A stretch of DNA of 64,000 nucleotides from a virus. Location of the stretch: positions 1-64,000 of the IMG/VR virus record IMGVR_UViG_3300017917_001616, one strand, 5' to 3'. The position numbers were made by a program, and so were the translations under genes. Shown one piece after another: positions 27,512 through 34,953 of this stretch; within the stretch, counting starts at the first letter, position 1; each line of letters begins with the position of its first letter. The notes beneath the pieces were generated by a model. It saw only the letters and a list, made by a program, of their open reading frames with translations, ran no database searches and had not been told where the DNA came from.

Positions 27512-27543
27512 ACCCTCCAGTAGAGATACTAGGAGGGTTTTTT
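27512..27543 (+). terminator. Attenuator terminator 2
   Basis: accctcc-agta-gaga-tact-a-ggagggt plus T run. Confidence 0.88.
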
Positions 27544-27679
27544 ATTAGGCTAAAGTGGAAATGCGGAACGAGACTGCGAGTAACCACTATAAACAAACTC
27601 AAATGGGCGTGTTAGAAGATGAAACGACCGGTGGTAACGGCGGAGTAAAAATCTAGCAGCAAGCTAATAATTTTGTTTT

Positions 27680-27750
27680 GGCGACACGGCAAGTGCCGAC
27701 TCGGCTCTCATAAGGCTGATGATTTGGAGCGTTACCAAATGTCGCTACCA
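27680..27750 (+). tRNA. tRNA-Met(CAT)-like with reduced D arm
   Basis: Acceptor ggcgaca/tgtcgct, loop CTCATAA, atypical T-loop, CCA. Confidence 0.65.
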
Positions 27751-27752
27751 AC

Positions 27753-27878
27753 AACTCTATTTTTAGAATAGGCAGAGCAAGTAAGCAAAAGTAGTTACAT
27801 TCCCTAGTGTAGCGAAAAGAGGAGCAGGTTTAGGGACCCGGAGCATATCCCCTCGCTGCCTTTTGTAAAAGTAGAGTT
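27753..27878 (+). ncRNA. Stem-enclosed RNA cassette
   Basis: aactctatttttagaataggcag / ctgccttttgtaaaagtagagtt terminal stem. Confidence 0.55.
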
Positions 27879-27882
27879 TTAT

Positions 27883-27957
27883 TGCCTCTTAGCTCAGTGG
27901 TAGAGCAATCCCCTGATAAGGGATAGGTCACTAGTTCGAATCTAGTAGGGGCAACCA
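27883..27957 (+). tRNA. tRNA-Ile(GAT)
   Basis: Loop CTGATAA, CCA. Confidence 0.92.
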
Positions 27958-27964
27958 ATTATAT

Positions 27965-28041
27965 CTCGCATAGGACTACTCGGTGATGGTCGCTGGCCTT
28001 TCAAGTCGGAGAAACGGGTTCGAAACCCGTATGCGGGACCA
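27965..28041 (+). tRNA. tRNA-Glu(TTC)
   Basis: Loop CTTTCAA, T arm, CCA. Confidence 0.85.
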
Positions 28042-28046
28042 ATAAC

Positions 28047-28122
28047 GCTTCTAACTGTCTAATGGAAAGGCAGGCGCCCGATAAGCGTCTAGAAGGAAGT
28101 TCGATTCTTCCTAGAAGCACCA
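28047..28122 (+). tRNA. tRNA-Ile(GAT), C33 variant
   Basis: Loop CCGATAA, CCA. Confidence 0.78.
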
Positions 28123-28129
28123 AACACAT

Positions 28130-28215
28130 GTGCAGGTGGGTGAGTGGCTTAAACCAGCAGACTGTAACTCTGCCGCTGAGAAGCAACGTTGGTTCGAATC
28201 CAACCCTGCACACCA
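28130..28215 (+). tRNA. tRNA-Tyr(GTA)
   Basis: Loop CTGTAAC, V arm, CCA. Confidence 0.9.
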
Positions 28216-28257
28216 AATATAGATCAAGCCTAGTTGATCTCGAAAGTCGCTAGGCCC

Positions 28258-28322
28258 GCCCTTGCAAGAGGTTATAGAAAGGATCGAGACTTTCTATGTG
28301 GGATCGTTCCCCACCAAGGGTA
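28258..28322 (+). ncRNA. D-armless tRNA-like element (possible CGA anticodon), no CCA
   Basis: gcccttg/caagggt acceptor, 8-bp anticodon stem, gtggg-atcgttc-cccac T arm. Confidence 0.5.
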
Positions 28323-28329
28323 TCGTTAC

Positions 28330-28421
28330 GGGGGATGCAAGTAAGGCTAGGTGGTCCTGGCGGCTGGCTGTAAACCAGTCCCTGCAAAGGCAAGGCGTTC
28401 GAATCGTCCCATTCCCCACCA
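28330..28421 (+). tRNA. tRNA-Tyr(GTA), atypical (8-bp acceptor, 6-bp D stem)
   Basis: Loop CTGTAAA, V arm, CCA. Confidence 0.75.
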
Positions 28422-28426
28422 AATAT

Positions 28427-28502
28427 CCCTAGGTAGTTCAGTTGGTAGAACACATGCCTGAAGAGCATGGTGTCGGCGGTTCGATTCCGTCCCTAGGGGC
28501 CA
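28427..28502 (+). tRNA. tRNA-Phe(GAA)
   Basis: Loop CTGAAGA, CCA. Confidence 0.9.
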
Positions 28503-28505
28503 TAT

Positions 28506-28581
28506 CTGTCTGTAGCTCAACTGGAAGAGCAAGGGATTTCTACTCCCTAGGTTGCGAGTTCGACTCTTGCCAGGCAGGCCA
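28506..28581 (+). tRNA. tRNA-Arg(TCT)
   Basis: Loop TTTCTAC, A20, CCA. Confidence 0.9.
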
Positions 28582-28583
28582 AT

Positions 28584-28658
28584 CCTGATGTAGTGATAAT
28601 GGTAGCACACTGAGCTGTGGACTCAGTAGAGTTGGATCGTAACCAACCGTCAGGACCA
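28584..28658 (+). tRNA. tRNA-His(GTG), A73, no G-1
   Basis: Loop CTGTGGA; preceded by T; ends GG-A-CCA. Confidence 0.88.
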
Positions 28659-28748
28659 AAAAAATTAAAAAAAGATGAAAATAGTTGTTGACTCCAAGAT
28701 GTCTTGAATGTAGTGTGTATATGTAAGTTGAGAACAACGGAGACAACA

Positions 28749-29105
28749 ATGAAAGTTATCGTCCAGCATATCGACCAAGATCGTGATACTGGTGCTGTTT
28801 TGGGCTTTACTAATGTTGCAGAAGTTAACGTGTGGCACACCGAAGACATCGACGAAGCACTCGAATACGCTTATCGTTGGACCAACAACGTGTCAGGTTC
28901 GTGGAGCATCAAGTTGCGAGATATGCGACTGCGTGATGGCACTATGTTTGAGAATGGTGACTACAACGATGATGTAACTGTGCTTGTTCCCTTGCATAAG
29001 GGCGGAGTTGGTTTGCGTAGCACTTCGATGTTTGACCGTATGATTCTTAACGGCAAGACATACAAAGTATCGATGGTTGGGTTTACTGAAATGGAGACTG
29101 CATAA
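28749..29105 (+). CDS. Hypothetical early protein
   Basis: GGAG SD, promoter at 28688. Confidence 0.7.
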   Translation: MKVIVQHIDQDRDTGAVLGFTNVAEVNVWHTEDIDEALEYAYRWTNNVSGSWSIKLRDMRLRDGTMFENGDYNDDVTVLVPLHKGGVGLRSTSMFDRMILNGKTYKVSMVGFTEMETA

Positions 29106-29510
29106 TGTCGGACGTTACTAAGTTTTTTGCAATCGCACTTAATAGTGCGCTAGCAATTGTTGTAATCGGGATGGTGGTTAACTACGATCCCATGCGGGCA
29201 GCAATCGATCATGCTGTGCTAGTTGCAATTATGAGCGAGTAATGAAGTTAGACCCCGAAGAAAGAATACTGTTAACAAAGGAGGAAGCTGAGCGTATTGA
29301 AGACATATGTAAAAATCCTCCCGAGCCGACCGACTACGTAAGACGATATATTAACGCATATAGGAAGAAAGATGAAACGAAAACGCCAAAAGGTTCCTAA
29401 GGAAAGGAACGTGTTTGTAGCTGCCGCATTGTTTCGCAAGGCAGGCGCACACACTAAAACAAACAAAGCGAAACGAAAACGTGAAAAACAAGACTTCACA
29501 GAAAACATTA

Positions 29511-29597
29511 GGACCGGTGCCCGAGAGGCCGATGGGGACAGACTTTTAATCTGTAGCAGCAATGCCAACGAAGGTTCGAATCCTTCCCGGTTCACCA
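29511..29597 (+). tRNA. tRNA-Lys(TTT) on a Tyr-like long-V-arm body
   Basis: Loop CTTTTAA in acaga/tctgt stem, long V region, CCA. Confidence 0.85.
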
Positions 29598-29908
29598 TTA
29601 CTTTGATGATACGTAAAATATGGGTTCGATTCCCGGCACTATACCTCGCAAGGGTGAAGGGCTCCTTTAAGGTAGGATTGAACGTATCTTCTAAGTAATG
29701 ATTATTTTGACGATAACAGAATAGCAGATCCTGGGTAATTAAGTTTGCTTTAGAGTGGGATCAGGGATATGTTGCGAGCCCTGCTGTTATCTTCTAAGTA
29801 ATGACATTGTTTTGATGATATATTGATACCGAAGGGCACGACGGTTTGGTTAGTAACCCTGATGCCGGGTGAACGGTTCGAATCCAACAATATATCTTCT
29901 AAGTAATG
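29596..29908 (+). repeat. Three tandem ~104-nt stem-enclosed RNA units with shared termini TTTGA(T/C)GATA...TATCTTCTAAGTAATG
   Basis: TATCTTCTAAGTAATG ends at 29700, 29803 and 29908; a related unit lies at 20752-20837. Confidence 0.8.
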
Positions 29909-29982
29909 CGCCGGTAGCTCAGAGGCAGAGCAGGGGGCTCTTAATCCCAAGGTCGAGGTTTCGAAATCCTCCCGGCACACCA
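29908..29982 (+). tRNA. tRNA-Lys(CTT)
   Basis: Loop CTCTTAA, CCA. Confidence 0.88.
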
Positions 29983-29990
29983 AAGAATAT

Positions 29991-30068
29991 TGTCCTAGAG
30001 TCGTCCAGGTGACGGCACCTGGCTGTTAACCAGGATGGAGAGAGGTTCGAGTCCTCTTAGGACAGCCA
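29991..30068 (+). tRNA. tRNA-Asn(GTT), atypical D arm
   Basis: Loop CTGTTAA, G73, CCA. Confidence 0.85.
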
Positions 30069-30270
30069 AAATAGAATAGTGAACTCGAGAGGATAAAAAC
30101 TAAAACACTGCAAGCTGATCACTTGCTGATTTAAAAAAACAATACTAAATCAGTTTTAGTTTGACTTTCGATGTAGCTTAGTAGGGCGGCCACTAAAACT
30201 CCGGAGAGATGGCTCATTACCATCCAGTGCCCTACGACCAATTACTGTGTTATAAATAAAATTAAAAGGT

Positions 30271-30816
30271 ATGTTTATGACACTAAGACACGTTTTTCTA
30301 GACTACGATTTTTCATTATTTCTAGGTGCAAACTATCACATACACGAAGGAAGTTGCATTAAGCATCAAGTGTATGAACTCACTGATATTCACAATGAAT
30401 ACGGCGGCTTTCCTGACTCTTACAGTTTTGAAAATACACGTATTCATCAGCTCTGGTGGAATGAAGAACAAGTTGATTTTGTCGAGTTAGGAAATCAACT
30501 TGGCATGGATGTAGTGACTATAAGCACTATACTGCAGCCGCCGGGAAATGTTATTCCTATACACCGAGATACGTTTTTTCAAATAAAAAACAAATATCCA
30601 GATGACAGTAGAGTTAAGGTCAGGGCTAACATATACTTAGAAGAATGGGCAGTCGGTCACCTTATACAATACAAAGAGAACGGTGAGTGGAAAAATTCTA
30701 CACATTGGAAGGCTGGCGAAGGCTGGTTATGGGATAGCAGTATTTTGCATCTTAGTGCCAATGCAGGAATGAAAAACAAATATACTATGCAAATAAGCGG
30801 CTTCTTACGAGAATGA
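30271..30816 (+). CDS. Cupin / 2OG-Fe(II) oxygenase-like protein
   Basis: PGNVIPIHRD ... HLSANAG (HxD...H triad). Confidence 0.6.
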   Translation: MFMTLRHVFLDYDFSLFLGANYHIHEGSCIKHQVYELTDIHNEYGGFPDSYSFENTRIHQLWWNEEQVDFVELGNQLGMDVVTISTILQPPGNVIPIHRDTFFQIKNKYPDDSRVKVRANIYLEEWAVGHLIQYKENGEWKNSTHWKAGEGWLWDSSILHLSANAGMKNKYTMQISGFLRE

Positions 30817-32012
30817 TTTCTAAGGATGTTTTTGTTGTGTTAAGCAACACTGTTGAAAGTTATCATTCTTTTTTATCTGTTAAAAATGAACGTATAAACA
30901 GCATAGAAAATACTTTAGGTTTTTATCCAGGGTTTGACTATAACTTACTTGTAAATTTTAAATTTGCAAAGTTTTTACCCGTCGATTCGTTAAAGTTAGT
31001 ATTAAATTTAACTATGTTACCAAATTACGTTAATATATACCTAGATAGTGAAGTAATCGATTATATAAATCAAACAGACAACGTATATCTTTGGTTATAT
31101 TCGCCGCACGAATCTACATTACGATTTGATTTATTGTTCGACGAATTACAAAAACATAATATAAAATTTGAAAAAGTCATTATATCTAACAGTAGTGATC
31201 GCTATCATCATAAAATAGTAGATGGTGTAAAGTTTACTTGTTTATATAATTGGTGGGAACAATATTATAAGTTTCATTTACAGACCTTTACAGACGTTTC
31301 CTTTGTGACTCCGGAACAAAGATTAGCAACTATTAGCACTGCAAATAAAAAGTTCTTAAACTTAAACCGGAATTTAAAAAACTTCAGAGTTTGGTTCTAT
31401 TACAAAATGATAGAACACGGCGTCGTAGATCAAGGACATGTAAGTTACCATTTGCCTACAATAGCAAATAGTTTTGAAGATTATAATTTGTTTTTAGAAA
31501 AAGAACTATCTAAACTAAACAACAATACATTAAAAAATAAAATTTTACTAACACCTGAAATTTATAAAGTCAAAGAACTTGATGCGTTAAACCATAATAT
31601 GATAATCAATTACCAAAATAGTATTGCAGATTATTATAATGACAGTTTAGTATCTTTTACTTGCGAAAGTTTATTAGAAGAAAACTTTATAACGGAAAAA
31701 ACATTTAAGTCTATAACACATTCGCATCCGTTTATAATGATAGGCAACGATAAGATAACACAACGATTAAGATTAGCGGGCTATAAAACCTTTGAATCAA
31801 TATTTGGGTTAGATCACGTATCTACCTTAGATGCTGCAGATGAATTGTTATATGCAGTAAAGAATACAACGTTAGACAATTTAAAGAAAATTGTTAGAGA
31901 AGAATGTTTTGAAGATGTGACGTATAATTACAATCATTTTTTTAATCGAAAAGTTCATTTCAACGAAATACTCGACGATATTAAAAAAGTGGTTGACTTC
32001 AAGACATCATGA
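30813..32012 (+). CDS. Hypothetical glycosyltransferase-like protein
   Basis: FLNLNR, ES...FITEKTFK...HPF..G motif reminiscent of GT10-like enzymes. Confidence 0.5.
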   Translation: MISKDVFVVLSNTVESYHSFLSVKNERINSIENTLGFYPGFDYNLLVNFKFAKFLPVDSLKLVLNLTMLPNYVNIYLDSEVIDYINQTDNVYLWLYSPHESTLRFDLLFDELQKHNIKFEKVIISNSSDRYHHKIVDGVKFTCLYNWWEQYYKFHLQTFTDVSFVTPEQRLATISTANKKFLNLNRNLKNFRVWFYYKMIEHGVVDQGHVSYHLPTIANSFEDYNLFLEKELSKLNNNTLKNKILLTPEIYKVKELDALNHNMIINYQNSIADYYNDSLVSFTCESLLEENFITEKTFKSITHSHPFIMIGNDKITQRLRLAGYKTFESIFGLDHVSTLDAADELLYAVKNTTLDNLKKIVREECFEDVTYNYNHFFNRKVHFNEILDDIKKVVDFKTS

Positions 32013-32034
32013 AAGTATATATAAATTAACAAAT

Positions 32035-32109
32035 GCCTCTGTAGCTCAGTGGAAGAGCTCTGGTCTTCGAAACCAAGGGTCGGGAGTTCGAATCTCTCTA
32101 GGGGCACCA
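32035..32109 (+). tRNA. tRNA-Arg(TCG)
   Basis: Loop CTTCGAA, CCA. Confidence 0.9.
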
Positions 32110-32114
32110 AATAT

Positions 32115-32190
32115 ACTTCCGTAGCTCAATTGGAAGAGTGCCGCCCTACGAAGGCGATTGTTGGGGGTTCGAGTCCCTCCGGGAGTGCCA
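32115..32190 (+). tRNA. tRNA-Arg(ACG)
   Basis: Loop CTACGAA, CCA. Confidence 0.9.
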
Positions 32191-32197
32191 ATTTTAT

Positions 32198-32273
32198 AGG
32201 CCGTAACTATGGTGTAGTCGGACAATATGACATGTTGTCGTCGGAGATGGGTTCGATCCCCGCAGGCCTACCA
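32198..32273 (+). tRNA. Atypical tRNA-Val(GAC)-like
   Basis: gacaat-ATGACAT-gttgtc arm, T-loop TTCGATC, CCA; irregular acceptor and D arm. Confidence 0.55.
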
Positions 32274-32277
32274 ATTT

Positions 32278-32351
32278 GCTGCTATAGTATAAAGGTATTA
32301 TGCGTCTTTGGTAAGGACGAGACGGAGGATCGTTACCTCCTAGCAGCACCA
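32278..32351 (+). tRNA. tRNA-Thr(GGT)
   Basis: Loop TTGGTAA, CCA; T-loop ATCGTTA. Confidence 0.87.
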
Positions 32352-32371
32352 GAAAAAAGATAAAAAAGATG

Positions 32372-32433
32372 TTGACATTTATAACGTCTTACTTTAAATG
32401 TAACATGTAGACGATGAAGATGCTCTTTGACAA
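32372..32433 (+). promoter_or_regulatory. Promoter and boxA-like element ahead of an ncRNA block
   Basis: A-tract, TTGACA, TGCTCTTTGACAA at 32421. Confidence 0.65.
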
Positions 32434-33101
32434 ATTAAACAAATGACTTGGTTGTGTGCAGAACACGTAAACCCAAGTTGCGTAAATAACAGAAGCTGGT
32501 GACTATAGCATATTGTTAATGCGCTACATTGAAGGAAAGATGGCGTGGCGACCATCCAGAGCAAAGGCTCTGCAAGCACAAATCAGCTAACATGTGCGTC
32601 AGTTGTAGAGAAACTTGTCGATTCAAGTCAATGGTCGCTTCTGTTTTCACATGCACATGCGGTAGGCGCCGCTTCGAAAAGGTATGAAAGACCTAACGCC
32701 GAAAGGATAGCGAAAGACACTCTGCAGGGTGGCTCGAGTAACTAACATGTGCAGCTGAAAGCAGAAATACCTGGGCGATGACTCGAGTAAAGCAATCTTT
32801 ACCAGAGGTTGTTTGAAAGACGGCGTCAGGCTCGATACTCTAATTGTAGGGGTGCATAACGTCTACTACTACGGGCATCGGGCGGCAAGATAAGGTGCTG
32901 GTAACACTGGACTTGCTGGTGGGTTCAACTTCCCATGCCTTGGTCAAAATAATAGATTGGCCTGAGTTTGATGTTTCTCGAGATAAATCATTCCAGGACG
33001 ACGTCGGCCTGTGTTCCCACCGTGCTTGAGCCGACGATAAAAAAGCAGAGTGAAAATGCTTGAGAGACTGTTCAGTTAACGGTGGGCCGTAATTTAGTTA
33101 C

Positions 33102-33207
33102 GCTGGGTCTAGCATGGTGCTGTCGAAGAGGTTGATCTCTCCTAGACGAAGTAGAGAAATGAAACGCTCATGTGCTTCATCCCGTTCGAATCGGACGCCC
33201 GGCGCCA
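33102..33207 (+). ncRNA. CCA-ended tRNA-like RNA with a Y-RNA-like GUCGAAG/CUAGAC helix
   Basis: gctgggt/gcccggc-G-CCA acceptor, ccg-ttcgaat-cgg T arm. Confidence 0.55.
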
Positions 33208-33409
33208 ATTAACACCCATGTTCGTCTTGCTTAGTTTAGCATGTATGACTTGGGCACCAAATATTCACTATACAGGGGGTCGACATTCTGTGTAGAGAGA
33301 ACACTGCCTAGCCCGTGGGACCTCGGGGTAGCATTAAGGCGAAATACCAGTTCGTGCAGGGGTAAAAGTCCTAACGGGGGGTCCCAGGAAATTTTTAAGG
33401 TAATAGAAG

Positions 33410-33931
33410 ATGAAAGAAGCACGTAAATACCTAGTATTTTTGGATGTTGATGGCGTGTTTACTTCGTCACGTGTTCATTATGGTCACAATGCTAGCTACG
33501 ATATGTGGCACAGGTTTGATCCAGTTGCAGTAGACTTTATGAATAAGATTCATGATCGGTATCCAGTTGAGTTTGTTCTAATGTCAACTTGGAAAAACTA
33601 TATCGATGTAAAAAGTCATATGATCCAGCATTGGGTTCGTGCTGCATTTGGTAATAGCGGTTTCAGGGGGCAACTTGCAACTCCGTGGAAAACAGATCCT
33701 GACGAACTTTGGATCAACAGAAAAAACTTTGACCGAGGCGACGAAGTAAAAGAGTATTTAGATGTATACGGACAGGATGTCAACGATTTCATCTTATTTG
33801 ACGACAATGCTTATAACTTCGATAAAGCACTAGGAGTTAAGCGGCTAGTAAGAACAGATCATGAAAATGGACTGTTATACAAGCATATGCTACATGCCCA
33901 GAGTATCATGGGACAATGGCATGAACGATAG
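33410..33931 (+). CDS. HAD-family phosphatase (RNA-repair-associated type)
   Basis: FLDVDGV, MSTW, RG.E, ILFDD motifs. Confidence 0.8.
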   Translation: MKEARKYLVFLDVDGVFTSSRVHYGHNASYDMWHRFDPVAVDFMNKIHDRYPVEFVLMSTWKNYIDVKSHMIQHWVRAAFGNSGFRGQLATPWKTDPDELWINRKNFDRGDEVKEYLDVYGQDVNDFILFDDNAYNFDKALGVKRLVRTDHENGLLYKHMLHAQSIMGQWHER

Positions 33932-33995
33932 GTAGCTGCAACTACCTTGGCTAGGAGACTATCTTTAACGAACTTTGCAGAGTTGTTGATAGGTA

Positions 33996-34067
33996 GACTG
34001 TTTCGTCTAACGGAGAGGACGCTGCCTAGAGGTGGCAGAGATATAGGTTCGAATCCTGTAGCAGTTT
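33996..34067 (+). pseudogene. tRNA pseudogene / tRNA-like element (Glu/Asp-type D arm, no U33, no CCA)
   Basis: Cloverleaf with loop TAGAGGT. Confidence 0.55.
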
Positions 34068-34086
34068 TGCTCTTAGCCAGAAATTA

Positions 34087-34165
34087 GTCCTTGTAACGGA
34101 AATTGGTAAACCTCTTCCGTCGAGAGCGGCAGGATTTGTGGGTTCGAGTCCCACCAAGGACACCA
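34087..34165 (+). tRNA. tRNA-Leu(GAG), short variable region
   Basis: Loop TCGAGAG, A73, CCA. Confidence 0.75.
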
Positions 34166-34228
34166 ATTAATATCTTGACATTATACCAAATGTAATTTAC
34201 AATTTAGTAGAAATATGAAAGGTATAGC

Positions 34229-34795
34229 ATGACAAAAGATATTTGGGTTATTAGTGATACGCACTTTAACCACGCAAACATTCTAAAATTTACAGATAGT
34301 AACACAGGCGAATTGATTCGTGGCGCTAAATTTCAGTCAGTGACTGAAATGGACGAATATATGGTAGACCGTTGGAACAGCACAGTAAAGCCCGGGGATA
34401 AGGTTTATCATCTAGGCGATGTTATGTTCGGAGATAAAGAGTATTTCCAAAAGCTATGGCCTAAGCTACACGGACAAAAGCGTCTTATTGTGGGAAACCA
34501 TGACGACATTAAGTATCTATCTAGTGGCGGGTTCTTTGCAAAGGTTCATATGTGGCGTATGATGACTGAGTTTGGCTTGCTGCTAACACATGTTCCTGTT
34601 CATCCTAGCAACTTGCGAGTATACGCTGTAGAAGGCGAATACAACGAGGGTGATGTAGGAACAGTTCAAAAGACGTTTCTTAATGTTCATGGACATATTC
34701 ACCAAAATCCAAGCCCAGAAGGGCCATATCGCAATATGAGCGTAGAGGCCATTGATTATACTCCTGTTAACATCGAAGAACTGAGGATTAAGTAA
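34229..34795 (+). CDS. Calcineurin-like metallophosphoesterase
   Basis: SDTH, LGD, GNHD, THVP, HGHIH motifs. Confidence 0.9.
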   Translation: MTKDIWVISDTHFNHANILKFTDSNTGELIRGAKFQSVTEMDEYMVDRWNSTVKPGDKVYHLGDVMFGDKEYFQKLWPKLHGQKRLIVGNHDDIKYLSSGGFFAKVHMWRMMTEFGLLLTHVPVHPSNLRVYAVEGEYNEGDVGTVQKTFLNVHGHIHQNPSPEGPYRNMSVEAIDYTPVNIEELRIK

Positions 34796-34953
34796 ATGCT
34801 AGAAATTATTCTGTGGTATGTGTTGCCTAATGTTGCACTGTTTGGCAGTCTTTATCTACTTGGTAAAGGCATTGAGCGAGCAACATGGTTTTTTATTGAA
34901 AACTATGACGATATTGTCTCTGGTAAACTCACTCTAAAAAAGAATCGTTAATA

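Noticed and set aside
29596-29908. CRISPR mini-array
   Set aside because: The spacers are about 70 nt and structured, the junction repeats are not identical, each unit folds on itself with covarying stems, and no cas operon is present.
32434-33390. tmRNA or RNase P RNA
   Set aside because: No Ala-type G3-U70 acceptor with a tag reading frame, and no GAGGAAAGUCC signature.
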